Below, one piece after another: positions 35,754-45,199 of a stretch of DNA of 64,000 nt; the stretch's first letter is position 1, and each line of letters opens with the position of its first letter. Origin of the DNA: an uncultured bacterium (GTDB lineage Bacteria; Patescibacteriota; Minisyncoccia; UBA6257; 2-01-FULL-56-20). Below the pieces are notes generated by a model. The model ran no database searches and was not told the origin of the DNA. It saw only the letters and a list, made by a program, of their open reading frames with translations. Location of the stretch: assembly GCA_963696395.1 (NCBI GenBank), contig CAVOJZ010000002.1, forward strand, positions 431,317-495,316. Reading direction: 5' to 3'. The position numbers and the translations under genes were made by a program.

Positions 35754-36866
35754 TTAAGATTTTAAGATCGGCCTTAAAACGTAGAAATACGAAGTGTCAC
35801 TCGTTGAACGGATAAGCACCGGATTCGCTTCCTCCTGAAGCCCCAAGAAGATATCGTCTGTTTTTATTGCCTTCAAAGGATCTGCAAGGTAGCGCCAATT
35901 GAAGTAAATATCGCCAGGCTCCCCTTTTATCTTCGCCGCCAGCGTGTAAACGTTTTCGCCAAGAGCCTGATCTGAGGAGCGCATTTCGATAGCTTTCTTG
36001 TTTTGATGGGTATTAATCTTAACTTCGCTGTTTTTCTGTCCAAAAATACCGGAGAGCTTAATGGCGTTCGCAAATTCTTCCCGGTCTACAACGATTTCCG
36101 CCGTAAAATCATGCGGCACAATAGCGGAGTAGTCGGGAAACGAGCCCTCAATGAGCCGTGAGATGAGTTCGGTCTTTTCCGATTTAAAAAGAATCTGACT
36201 TTCGTCCATGGTGACGCGAATCATCTCTTCGTCTTTGAAAATACGGGTTATTTCAAGCCCGGTTTTCAATGGGAGAAGGACTTTAAATGGTTCCACTTTC
36301 TTCGCGGTAAATAAATTGGACGGCAAAGTCTTCTCCGCAAGCCGGAAGCCGTCGGTTGACGCCAATTTAAGATCCTCAAGCGAGAAGTTGAAAAAAATAC
36401 TATTGAGTTCGGGGCGGAGATCGGAATATTGCGACGCGACCGTCACCTGCTGAATCGCCTCTTTCAAAAAAGCGGCTTTGATTTCAAGGTATCCCTCGTT
36501 GTCTTTGATTTTTGGAGTTATCGGGAAATCATCCGGAGGCATTCCGTGAATGACCGCGCTGTAATTATCCGTTGCAACTTCAACGTCGTTTCCTTTTTTC
36601 TCAAAATTCAACCGGTCGCTTTGTATATTCCCAATGAGCCCGGAAAGGAGGGCAAGGGGCGCTGTTATTTTTCCTGGTTGGATCACTTTCCCGGCAACAT
36701 CATGCTTAATCGCAATTTCCAAATTCGTCGCCATGAATAAAATCGTATTTTCACTCACCTCGATGAGAATATTTTTCAGGATTGGTAAATTTTGGTTCTC
36801 GCCGGTCGCTTTTTCAATAATTGAAATTGCGTCTTTGATATTTGATCTGATGGCGATAAATTTCAT
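35754..36866 (-). CDS. dnaN: DNA polymerase III beta sliding clamp
   Basis: Three-domain clamp (MKFIAIRSNIKDAISII...). Lies downstream of dnaA. Confidence 0.85.
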   Translation of the reverse strand: MKFIAIRSNIKDAISIIEKATGENQNLPILKNILIEVSENTILFMATNLEIAIKHDVAGKVIQPGKITAPLALLSGLIGNIQSDRLNFEKKGNDVEVATDNYSAVIHGMPPDDFPITPKIKDNEGYLEIKAAFLKEAIQQVTVASQYSDLRPELNSIFFNFSLEDLKLASTDGFRLAEKTLPSNLFTAKKVEPFKVLLPLKTGLEITRIFKDEEMIRVTMDESQILFKSEKTELISRLIEGSFPDYSAIVPHDFTAEIVVDREEFANAIKLSGIFGQKNSEVKINTHQNKKAIEMRSSDQALGENVYTLAAKIKGEPGDIYFNWRYLADPLKAIKTDDIFLGLQEEANPVLIRSTSDTSYFYVLRPILKS

Positions 36867-37009
36867 GGCTGGGTATTAGTAGTAGTATTTAGATTATATA
36901 AGAAACTTATTTTTATTAAGACTATTAGACACTGCGTTGTGGGGATAAAAATTTATTTCTTAATAATTTCCTGATATAGATCTGAATTTTTCAACCGAGA
37001 ACCTGTGGA
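36867..37009. promoter_or_regulatory. candidate oriC unwinding region (dnaA-dnaN intergenic)
   Basis: AT-rich sequence with TAG TAG TAG trinucleotide repeats, plus DnaA-box-like TGTGGGGATAA (36938-36948) and TGTGGATCA (37004-37012). Confidence 0.45.
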
Positions 37010-38368
37010 TCAACTCTTAAAAATCAAATCCTTAATCATTAATATCTTCTGATTAAGAGCTGGATTTCTATTTGCCTCGTGGCTGATTTTCTCGTATGAG
37101 TGGATCGCCGTGGTGTGATCTCTCCCCAACTTCTCACCAATATACGGATAGGAAAGTTCAGAGATATCCCGAAGAAGATAGATTGCAATCTGTCGCGGAA
37201 GAACAACTTCTTTGCGGCGGTTGTGACTCACGAGGTCTTCGACAGAGATATTAAAGAACTCTGCGACCGTCTTTAAGATCTGGGCGTCGCTAACACGCTT
37301 TGACATGTTTTGCGTAGACTTTTCAATGATATCCGCGGCAATATCCTCCGTGATTTCGGTCTGCTTCCGCTCTTCATAAAACAAAATCTTTTTCAAAACG
37401 CCCTCCAACTCGCGGATGTTCTTACGGAGTTTTTTGGCGATGATATCAATAACCGGATCGCTCAGCTGGCGATTCATATCCTGAAGTTTGGCTTTAATAA
37501 TCGCTACGCGGGTTTCAAATTCTGGATACGCTATGTCGGCGATGAGGCCGCCCTCAAAACGCGACCTGAGGCGTTCCTCGAGCGTGGGGATGGATTGTGG
37601 CGGACGGTCAGACGAAATTATGATCTGCTTGTTATTTTCATACAACGCATTGAAAGTGTGGAAGAATTCTTCTTCGGTTTTATCTTTTCCGCCGATAAAT
37701 TGGATATCATCGATAATAAGAACATCAACGTCCCGGTATTTTTTCTTAATGCTTTCTATCCGGTCGTTTCTAATCCCCCAAACGATGTCCCGCGTGTACT
37801 GTTCAGAGGCGACATACTTTGGACGAACCCGTCCCTGGTACTTGTGAATGATCTCGTTGCCGATTGCCTGGATAAGGTGCGTTTTCCCAAGACCCACTCC
37901 GCCGTAAATAAAGAACGGATTATATTTTTTGCCAATTTCTTCGACGATCGCCGACGCTGCGGCGAACGCAAGCTCATTCGAGGGACCGACAACAAATGAT
38001 GCGAGGCTGTATTTTGGGTTAAGACCGGTTTCCGGATCGGTTTTGAAGTCCAAGTCCATCACCTCGGCCTTCGCGAGCGTGGCGGCGGCGTTTTGCGGCG
38101 CCATTCGCGCTACGGCGGCAGCCTTTGCGCCGACAACAAACTCAATTTTCTTTACCGAGCTGTCCAGGTTTCTTAAAATGCCGAGCAAATTCTTCTGATA
38201 TTTATTTTCCACCCATTCTTTTGCGAAATTATTGGGGAGTGCGACATAGAGAGTGCCATCGCGCTTGTCTATGAGGCGGCTATTCTTCACCCAAGCGACG
38301 AAGTGAGCCTTGGAAAGCTGCACTTCCATCTCACCAAGCGTCGATTGCCAAATTTGATCAAGATCCAT
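37010..38368 (-). CDS. dnaA: chromosomal replication initiator DnaA
   Basis: AAA+ motifs (GGVGLGKTHL), a DnaA N-terminal domain and a C-terminal HTH. Confidence 0.9.
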   Translation of the reverse strand: MDLDQIWQSTLGEMEVQLSKAHFVAWVKNSRLIDKRDGTLYVALPNNFAKEWVENKYQKNLLGILRNLDSSVKKIEFVVGAKAAAVARMAPQNAAATLAKAEVMDLDFKTDPETGLNPKYSLASFVVGPSNELAFAAASAIVEEIGKKYNPFFIYGGVGLGKTHLIQAIGNEIIHKYQGRVRPKYVASEQYTRDIVWGIRNDRIESIKKKYRDVDVLIIDDIQFIGGKDKTEEEFFHTFNALYENNKQIIISSDRPPQSIPTLEERLRSRFEGGLIADIAYPEFETRVAIIKAKLQDMNRQLSDPVIDIIAKKLRKNIRELEGVLKKILFYEERKQTEITEDIAADIIEKSTQNMSKRVSDAQILKTVAEFFNISVEDLVSHNRRKEVVLPRQIAIYLLRDISELSYPYIGEKLGRDHTTAIHSYEKISHEANRNPALNQKILMIKDLIFKS

Positions 38369-38514
38369 GGTGAAATATTTTTCTGTTGGGTTAATTATTT
38401 ATCAAGCGTACATCTCTTGTCAAAGTATCGCCATGTTGCGTTCTGGGGATTTCGTGTGCATAAGACATTCTAGAGCACTTGCGGGAGATTTGCGAGAGTG
38501 ATAGAGTCATAGGC

Positions 38515-38649
38515 ATGTCGTTCACGTACAAACCAAAAAAGAAAAAGCGAAGCCGAACCCACGGGTTCTTGGCGCGCCAACGAACAGCAACCGGCAGACA
38601 GGTCCTTTCACGCCGCCGGGCCAAAGGACGAAAGAAGCTAACCGTGTAA
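38515..38649 (+). CDS. rpmH: 50S ribosomal protein L34
   Basis: [44 protein letters not shown]. This 44-aa ORF is absent from the six-frame track because it is shorter than the cut-off. Confidence 0.8.
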   Translation: MSFTYKPKKKKRSRTHGFLARQRTATGRQVLSRRRAKGRKKLTV

Positions 38650-38951
38650 TGCTGCCAAGGAAAAGGCGTTTGCCCTACGCGGAATTTCAATCGCGGGGAT
38701 ACAAGACGCAAAAAACGCCTTTTTTCTCATTGAAGATAAAATCAAACGACGGAAAGGGCCCGAGGATCGGAGTGATTGTCGGAAAGTCCGTTCATAAGGC
38801 CGCAGCAAAAAGAAATTTCTGGAAACGGCAGACGCGGGATGTACTCGCACCGCTTGTACGCGGAGATTGCGACGTCGTCGTCATTCTCTCGGCGCGGGTA
38901 AACGAACTTTCAAAGCTTAAATTCCGACAAACACTCAAAAATTATGTTTAA
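38649..38951 (+). CDS. rnpA: RNase P protein component
   Basis: Basic protein following rpmH in a TAATG overlap, which is the conserved rpmH-rnpA arrangement. Confidence 0.75.
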   Translation: MLPRKRRLPYAEFQSRGYKTQKTPFFSLKIKSNDGKGPRIGVIVGKSVHKAAAKRNFWKRQTRDVLAPLVRGDCDVVVILSARVNELSKLKFRQTLKNYV

Positions 38952-39672
38952 TTGGTTCCAATATATTTTTTATCGGCCAATACTGAACCTTTTGATTTTC
39001 TTTTACGATACGATCGCCGTCCACAATCTTGGACTCGCGATTATTCTCGTCACGCTTCTCATCCGCTTCGTCCTCTTCCCGTTTTTCCACAAAGGCGCGA
39101 AGCAGCAGATGCTCATGCAGCGCATCCAGCCGAAAGTAAAAAAGATTCAGGAAGAGCACAAGAAAGATATGACGAAGCAGTCGGAGGCTCTCATGGCGCT
39201 TTACAAAGAACACGGCATCAATCCATTTTCAAGTTTTCTTCTTCTGCTTATTCAGTTGCCGATCCTTATCGCGTTGTACTGGGCGGTGCGTTCCGGGCTT
39301 GGCTCGGGAGCGATCGTTGGTTTATATTCTTTCGTTCCCGCACCGCAAACCATCAACACTCTTTTTCTCGGCTTCATAAATTTAGCAACGCCGAGCATCA
39401 CGCTCATCCTGCTCGCCGCTGTTGCGCAATATTTTCAGGCTCGTCTCGCAATTTATAAACAGCCGGCAGGCCAGGCACTTTCGCCCGCAGAAAAGATCGC
39501 CCGCCAGATGTCCTTCATCGGTCCAATCATGACAATCGTTATTTTCTATGGCTTACCGGCCGCCGTCGGTCTCTATTGGCTTGTTGCATCGCTCTTTTCA
39601 ATAGTTCAACAGTTCTTCGTAAACCGGCATTTGGAACAAAAATTTGGAGCGCCGGGCCTGCCTTCGGCATAA
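38944..39672 (+). CDS. yidC: membrane protein insertase YidC (short, Gram-positive type)
   Basis: 60-kDa-IMP fold: N-terminal TM, RIQPKVKKIQEEHKKD, then PILIALYWAV. Confidence 0.85.
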   Translation: MFNWFQYIFYRPILNLLIFFYDTIAVHNLGLAIILVTLLIRFVLFPFFHKGAKQQMLMQRIQPKVKKIQEEHKKDMTKQSEALMALYKEHGINPFSSFLLLLIQLPILIALYWAVRSGLGSGAIVGLYSFVPAPQTINTLFLGFINLATPSITLILLAAVAQYFQARLAIYKQPAGQALSPAEKIARQMSFIGPIMTIVIFYGLPAAVGLYWLVASLFSIVQQFFVNRHLEQKFGAPGLPSA

Positions 39673-39689
39673 AAAAGTTTGGTCAGTAG

Positions 39690-40178
39690 TTGATTTTTTT
39701 AACGAAATATGAAATAGTACCAGGAATCATGGACTGGGAAATTTTCATTAAAAAAACATTCGACTTGCTTGGGTTTAAGGATTATCGCCTTGATGTGAAG
39801 TTGGAAGAAAAACGCGCTTCACTTTTCATTTACGAAGATCAGAATCTTGTGCGTGAGAACTTGCCGCTGATTGTGGAAGGGATAAACCATCTCATCCAGA
39901 TGGTTGCAAAGAAGCACGAAACTGAAACCATCTTCCTCGACGTCAACAATTATCGTCAGGAGCGGGAAAATCTTATCGCTGAACTTGCCCGAGCCGCAGC
40001 GAAAAAAGCGCTCGCAACAAAAGAGGCAATTTCATTGCCAGCGATGAATTCCTACGAACGGCGTCTCGTACACGTTGAACTCGCCATTCATCCCGAAGTG
40101 CGGACCGAGAGTGCCGGCGAAGGCAAAGAACGATATGTCATTATCAAACCGATAACAGAAGAAAAGAAAGAGGCATAA
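39690..40178 (+). CDS. jag: Jag/KhpB-like KH-R3H RNA-binding protein
   Basis: R3H motif (SYERRLVHVELAIHPEV). Confidence 0.7.
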   Translation: MIFLTKYEIVPGIMDWEIFIKKTFDLLGFKDYRLDVKLEEKRASLFIYEDQNLVRENLPLIVEGINHLIQMVAKKHETETIFLDVNNYRQERENLIAELARAAAKKALATKEAISLPAMNSYERRLVHVELAIHPEVRTESAGEGKERYVIIKPITEEKKEA

Positions 40179-40179
40179 A

Positions 40180-40207
40180 AAACCGGGCATCACTGCCCGG
40201 TTTTTTA
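40180..40207. terminator. bidirectional rho-independent terminator
   Basis: AAAAACCGGGCATCACTGCCCGGTTTTTT. Confidence 0.6.
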
Positions 40208-41461
40208 TTGCTGCAAGGTGAGTGCGTAGAGCTTGTTCGTGTACCGGTCGATAAAGAATATTTCGTTACCTAATGTTTTGAGATCGGACACGTCAACGTT
40301 TTGATTCGGATCGCTCCACAACGTTTCAATGTTTCCGGTTTGGGTATTGATGCGATAGATATTGTCCGACGTGAAGAGCGCCATCTGATTGTAGTCATCT
40401 GGAAGATGTGCGGCTGCAAACGAAGCTGCGTCGCGCGGGATGCCGCAATAGAGGGCGAGATAATTGCTCGAGCTTGTTGCGTTGGCGACGGTTGTCGTTG
40501 CAGTTGCGAAGCCGCACTTTGTCGGCAGCGTGCTGATGGCTAAATCCTGGAGAACATTTCCGGAGGTGTCTATGAGAGCTAGGGTATTTGCTCCTCCGGT
40601 ACTCAGCGCGTATGAGAGGAGGCCTTCCGGTGTCGCGATTTGCGAGGTTGGGCTCCAGACGCTTTCAATTCCGGCGACTGGACCGGCAAGCAACGTAAAA
40701 CTTTGCTTAGAAGCATCAAACATGATTGCAGAACCGACGGCTTCCGAGCTCGGCCTATCCGATAAGACAAACTGGCTCTTGCCAATCCACTGGAGCGAAA
40801 GATCCTGGACATACAGAGATGTGATTTCTAAGGGAGTTTTTTTAACATTTGAAGTGTCGATCGTGGCGAGGCCTTCTTTGCCGGTTGCGACATTCGCAAG
40901 GTATGCGATGCGGTAATCCGAGGGCGACCAGGTTGGGGACAGCATCCCTTGTGGCAACGCCATCCATGTGGCGGAGGCAACATTGAAGACGCTGGTTTGT
41001 GGGTTATTCGGATCACCAAAAGAGAGAAGAGCTTTCTTCCCATCAAAAGAGAAAGATCCGGCAATAACATTGCTGGCGGTTGACGAGCTGATATAAGATG
41101 TCTGCCCGTTTGCGATCGTCGCAACAACACCATTCGGCTCAAGAATAAGGATTGTATTATTTGGTTCTACGAAATAGTTTAAAACCGGATCGTTCGATAG
41201 TGGGCCAAAGCTGCCGGCAACAATCTGTGAGCTCGTAGGGCTGGTCTGACTCTCTGTGCTGGTTGCGCCTGCTCCCCCTTCGCCAGAGTTTATGCCGGTC
41301 GTGCCTTGAGTTCCCGTGGACGGCAGAGAACCGGTGGTGCCGGTTCCGGTTGTTGCAGTACCAGGAAGATTAAACGAGCCGCTTTTCCAAAGGTAGAGTC
41401 CGAAAACAATTGCCGCCGCGATGATGACGAGAGCGATTAAAATGTATATATAGCGTTTCAT
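40205..41461 (-). CDS. secreted protein with N-terminal TM/signal and Thr/Gly-rich linker (possible beta-propeller), T4SS-cluster associated
   Basis: N-terminus MKRYIYILIALVIIAAAIVFGLYLW, then low complexity (TGTGTTGS), then about 330 aa of beta-rich sequence. Overlaps the upstream gene by 4 nt. Confidence 0.5.
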   Translation of the reverse strand: MKRYIYILIALVIIAAAIVFGLYLWKSGSFNLPGTATTGTGTTGSLPSTGTQGTTGINSGEGGAGATSTESQTSPTSSQIVAGSFGPLSNDPVLNYFVEPNNTILILEPNGVVATIANGQTSYISSSTASNVIAGSFSFDGKKALLSFGDPNNPQTSVFNVASATWMALPQGMLSPTWSPSDYRIAYLANVATGKEGLATIDTSNVKKTPLEITSLYVQDLSLQWIGKSQFVLSDRPSSEAVGSAIMFDASKQSFTLLAGPVAGIESVWSPTSQIATPEGLLSYALSTGGANTLALIDTSGNVLQDLAISTLPTKCGFATATTTVANATSSSNYLALYCGIPRDAASFAAAHLPDDYNQMALFTSDNIYRINTQTGNIETLWSDPNQNVDVSDLKTLGNEIFFIDRYTNKLYALTLQQ

Positions 41462-41883
41462 TGGCCTGTTTTTTGGAGGGGTGGCAGCGCTGGCAAATCC
41501 AAATGGGTTAGATTTGGGTTTACAGTATTTAATATAAGATATGCGCCTACGAGCAAGAGTAGCCCGAGGAGGGCGCTCTCGATCCAGGCTTTGGCCTCGC
41601 TTTGCGAAGACGGATTTCCTGCGGCAGTCACATATCTTACGCCGCCATAAACGACAGCTCCGAACGCCAGGAGGCCACCGATCATAAGGGCAAACTGGTA
41701 AAAGCTGTTAATGTAGTTGCCAGGATTGCATCCCTGCGATGACGGATTGGAGCAAGGGCTGCTTCCGCCGTTCACGGCGGGCAAAGATAATGAAATTGAG
41801 GTGGCGTGAGCAAGCGAGACAAGGGAAATGCCAAACGCGAGAAAAAGCAACACCAAAGTTTTTTTCATAGACCAGTTTATCAT
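41458..41883 (-). CDS. VirB2/TrbC-like pilin candidate
   Basis: 141 aa with a signal peptide and two hydrophobic helices (FYQFALMIGGLLAFGAVVYGG / ALLGLLLLVGAYLIL) separated by a short polar loop. Confidence 0.45.
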   Translation of the reverse strand: MINWSMKKTLVLLFLAFGISLVSLAHATSISLSLPAVNGGSSPCSNPSSQGCNPGNYINSFYQFALMIGGLLAFGAVVYGGVRYVTAAGNPSSQSEAKAWIESALLGLLLLVGAYLILNTVNPNLTHLDLPALPPLQKTGQ

Positions 41884-42584
41884 AACGTCGGTTGATAAGT
41901 GAGGTTCGCCGAAGCTGTTGCCTGCGTTGAATCGTTGGAATTTTGGACGGTGACCGAAGCAATAAAGGATGTTCCCGCTGCAGTTCCCTGCGGGAGCGTG
42001 ATCTGAGCCACGTTTGGGTTTTCAGTATTTGAGCCCGATTGATTATTAACCGTCCACGCATAAGAAAGATTTGAAGGAGAGGCGGTATTAAAAAAGTAAG
42101 GGATTGCGGTGACGGTAACAGGGTTGGAAGAAAATTGTCCGGCCGGGTAGGGAGCATCGACAACAACTTGCGGTTGTACCATCGGGATGTCGATTGTGCG
42201 CAGAAGGAAGCCGCTGGGATAAAACGGCAGCTCAACCTCGAGCGTTGTCACGTTCGGAGGTTGACCAAGCGGAGGGAATGAAATGCTTTGCACTCCAACG
42301 CCACCTCCCAAAAGTGTGTCTGTATTATTTAAATACCAATAGATGGTCTGACCGGAAAGATCGACTAATTTTCCATCAGAGATGATTTCGAGCGAGGCCG
42401 TAATCGTTGATCCATAGGTTGGGAGCGCTTTCCCGGGATATGAAGAAGGGATATAGCTTCCAGACGTCTTCCACGTGATTAAAACTTGAGGCGTGGCTGC
42501 GAAGGCAAAATGTGCGCTCAATAAAAGAGAGAGAGCCATTGACGCACCAAGGCCACTGAGCGCGATTTTAATGGGTCGAATCAT
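41880..42584 (-). CDS. secreted hypothetical protein (signal peptide)
   Basis: N-terminus MIRPIKIALSGLGASMALSLLLSAHFAFA with a cleavage-like AFA|A site. Confidence 0.5.
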   Translation of the reverse strand: MIRPIKIALSGLGASMALSLLLSAHFAFAATPQVLITWKTSGSYIPSSYPGKALPTYGSTITASLEIISDGKLVDLSGQTIYWYLNNTDTLLGGGVGVQSISFPPLGQPPNVTTLEVELPFYPSGFLLRTIDIPMVQPQVVVDAPYPAGQFSSNPVTVTAIPYFFNTASPSNLSYAWTVNNQSGSNTENPNVAQITLPQGTAAGTSFIASVTVQNSNDSTQATASANLTYQPTL

Positions 42585-42628
42585 ATCCTTCTTTCTTTAA
42601 TTGTAGCAAATGGAGGATGGGGGTGAGC

Positions 42629-43450
42629 TTAAGCAGCCTCTTCCTCGGGTTCTTCTCCGCCCTCTTCTTGTTGTTTGCGCGGTTGGTCTCGTTCGTCAAG
42701 ATGATTTATGATGTCGCGAACTTGTTTAACACGGTGATTTTCGGACCCTCTTTCTGTTTCTCCTTCTTCCTCTCCCGCTTCTTCTGTCTCGCCGCCCATT
42801 TCTTCGGGGGTTTCTTCGAATGTCTTCTCTTCGAGTAACTTCATGGGTTCTTCTTCTGTCTCGCCGCCAAGCTCTTTTTCGATCTCTTCTTCGTGCGCCA
42901 TTTCTTCGGGCGATTTTGCTGCTCCTTCGGCAGCTTCGGTAGTTGTCTCTCCGGCCTGGCCGGCCCCCCCAGCCATTTCTTGAGCCGCCACTCCCGAGCC
43001 CTCGGCTCCTTCGGCGAGAGCTCCAGCCGCTTCGGTGGCCGTCGCTGCTGCCTCCGCGCCGACTTCGGCAACCTCGGCTCCTTCGAGCGCTTCCCCGGCT
43101 CCCGCCGTAGCGAGGGCAACGCCTTGGATAATAGCCTGCTTTGCGAAGAAGGCGACAAATTTATTTGACAACAACACCCCAAGAACAACTCCAACGGTAA
43201 GAAGGGGCAGGGGGATTAGTATTGCGAGGATTACCGCCAGCTTTGCCAGCCAGCCTTGGGCCTTAGGGAGGAAGAACGCTCCCATTAGGATGCCGGCGAA
43301 ATAATGAGCAAACAGAATGCCGGCCAAAAAAGCGAGCCCGATTCCCGGAATTAACACTCCGATACAGAAAACAAAAGCGAAATCACCGAGAACTGCGGCG
43401 AGGAAACCGGCGATGACGCCAATGTCAGTGATGTCAAAGCCCTCCTTCAT
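42629..43450 (-). CDS. 4-TM membrane protein with long acidic Ala/Glu-rich C-terminal tail
   Basis: Hydrophobic N-terminal 120 aa, then the low-complexity acidic region EAAEGAAK...EEGGEEPEEEAA. Confidence 0.5.
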   Translation of the reverse strand: MKEGFDITDIGVIAGFLAAVLGDFAFVFCIGVLIPGIGLAFLAGILFAHYFAGILMGAFFLPKAQGWLAKLAVILAILIPLPLLTVGVVLGVLLSNKFVAFFAKQAIIQGVALATAGAGEALEGAEVAEVGAEAAATATEAAGALAEGAEGSGVAAQEMAGGAGQAGETTTEAAEGAAKSPEEMAHEEEIEKELGGETEEEPMKLLEEKTFEETPEEMGGETEEAGEEEGETERGSENHRVKQVRDIINHLDERDQPRKQQEEGGEEPEEEAA

Positions 43451-43458
43451 TGAAAAGA

Positions 43459-45198
43459 TTATGCATGCTCTTTCTCGTCGAGCAGTTGTTCGGGGTTCGT
43501 CGTAATAATCTGGTCTTCAAAATAGGAAGGCACAATCTGGATCGCAACGTGCCGTTTGCCGGCGAAGAAAATACCGGTTCCGATTTCCGCCCCCAGGAGA
43601 AAACTCTTTTCCGCTTCGGTGAGATCAAATGCTTTTGCAACAATATCAATGGTCGCCGGCGCCTGTTTCAAGAGAAGTTGAATCGAAGAGTTTGTTATGA
43701 TCGGGCGGCCATACGGCGAGCGCAGAAAGTCTTCAACATCCTGGGTGATCGTTGAGACTCCAAGATAATATTTGCGGGCGCGCTTCACGAGGCCAAAAAG
43801 GAATGTTGCACTATCTTCGTTTTTCATCATGATCCACGCCTCATCAATAAAGAGAAGCCTCTTCGCAAGCTTCGCCCGAATTAAGCTCCAGATGAAGTTC
43901 AAAACAACGAACATTCCAATCGGGCGCAATTCCTCTTCAAGGTCTCGGATTGAAAAAACAATGAGGCGGTTCGCGACGTCAATATTTGTCGGCTGGTTGA
44001 GGAATCCTGCGAAACTGCCCTTGGTATATTTATAGAGCTTTTCCGCGAGGTCGCGGCCACCTTCAAGGTTTCGTAAAACGGTTTCGAGATCCCCTAAAAG
44101 CGGAGGCTCTTTGCCGGTGAAATCCGCATCTTCCGTCGCCACAATGTCGCGCGATGCATATGTCTCGGTGATTGCCCGGTCGAGAAGAGCGTCTTCCTCC
44201 GGCGTGATCTTGCCGAGCATCAGTTTCAAGAGGCTCGCGAGCGTCACGATGTGCGATCGCAAAACATCGGACGGCGATTCGTCGTCGGGAACCAACGGCA
44301 CATCGAACGGATTGATATGTTCATGCGACGAAAGCGAGATGTTGAACATGCTGCCGCCAAAAGTTTTTGCGAGGCGTTCGTATTCGTTTTCCGGGTCAAT
44401 CACGAGCACCATATCAATGCCGGCCATGAGAGATCGGATGATTTCCAGCTTTGTTGTATATGATTTTCCGGATCCGGATTTTGCGAAGACAACCTGGTTG
44501 GCGTTTTCCAGGGAGAAGCGGTCAAAAATAACGAGATTGTTGTTGTGCAGGTTTATACCGTACATAATCCCCTCGTTCGAGGAAAGATCTTCCGAAACAA
44601 ACGGAAAAAATGACGAGATGGGCCCTGTGTTCATCGGTGTGTAAACCTGCAGCTTGTCGGAATCAACCGGCAAGATTGAGAATAGGCCCTCGAGCTGTTC
44701 AAAGAGAGCCGGTTTCAGATAGATCAACTTTGCCTCCATCATGCTCACAAGCTTGCTCTCGAGTTTGGCAAGCTCATCTTCGGTGTCGGCGTAGATCGTA
44801 ATGTAAACGCCGGTATCAAATAATTTTTCTTCCGACTGCTGGAGCGAATCGCGAAGATTTTCAACATCCTGCACGGCCGTTTCGAGCATCGGATTGCGGA
44901 CGAGTCCCTTTTCCTGTTCGTCTGCGATTTGCGATTCGAGCTGGCCGGCTTTCTTGCGCAAGTTTTTCAGGGCGACACCCGTGTCGATCGGGTTCACATA
45001 GATTGCAATGTCGAAAAGATTGGGGAGATTGATCAGCGGCTCAAACCAGCCCGTGGAAAGATAGCGCGGATAGGAAAAAACAAAAAATGTTTTCGCGAGC
45101 TTATCGCCGATTTTAAGGTAGTTTGGGAAAACCTGCGCGCCTGCGGGAGCGATAATTTTTTTAATATCTTTGAAATCTTGAGGGGAAGTATCCGGCAT
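43459..45198 (-). CDS. virB4: VirB4/TrbE-family type IV secretion ATPase, C-terminal ATPase portion
   Basis: Walker A VVFAKSGSGKSY, Walker B LLFIDEAWIMM and conserved C-terminal motifs. Confidence 0.75.
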   Translation of the reverse strand: MPDTSPQDFKDIKKIIAPAGAQVFPNYLKIGDKLAKTFFVFSYPRYLSTGWFEPLINLPNLFDIAIYVNPIDTGVALKNLRKKAGQLESQIADEQEKGLVRNPMLETAVQDVENLRDSLQQSEEKLFDTGVYITIYADTEDELAKLESKLVSMMEAKLIYLKPALFEQLEGLFSILPVDSDKLQVYTPMNTGPISSFFPFVSEDLSSNEGIMYGINLHNNNLVIFDRFSLENANQVVFAKSGSGKSYTTKLEIIRSLMAGIDMVLVIDPENEYERLAKTFGGSMFNISLSSHEHINPFDVPLVPDDESPSDVLRSHIVTLASLLKLMLGKITPEEDALLDRAITETYASRDIVATEDADFTGKEPPLLGDLETVLRNLEGGRDLAEKLYKYTKGSFAGFLNQPTNIDVANRLIVFSIRDLEEELRPIGMFVVLNFIWSLIRAKLAKRLLFIDEAWIMMKNEDSATFLFGLVKRARKYYLGVSTITQDVEDFLRSPYGRPIITNSSIQLLLKQAPATIDIVAKAFDLTEAEKSFLLGAEIGTGIFFAGKRHVAIQIVPSYFEDQIITTNPEQLLDEKEHA

Positions 45199-45199
45199 A

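Noticed and set aside
42841-43304. ORFs overlapping the acidic-tail membrane gene (42841-43194, 43035-43304, 42893-43168)
   Set aside because: Frame-shifted or antisense reads of a GC- and GA-rich low-complexity tail.
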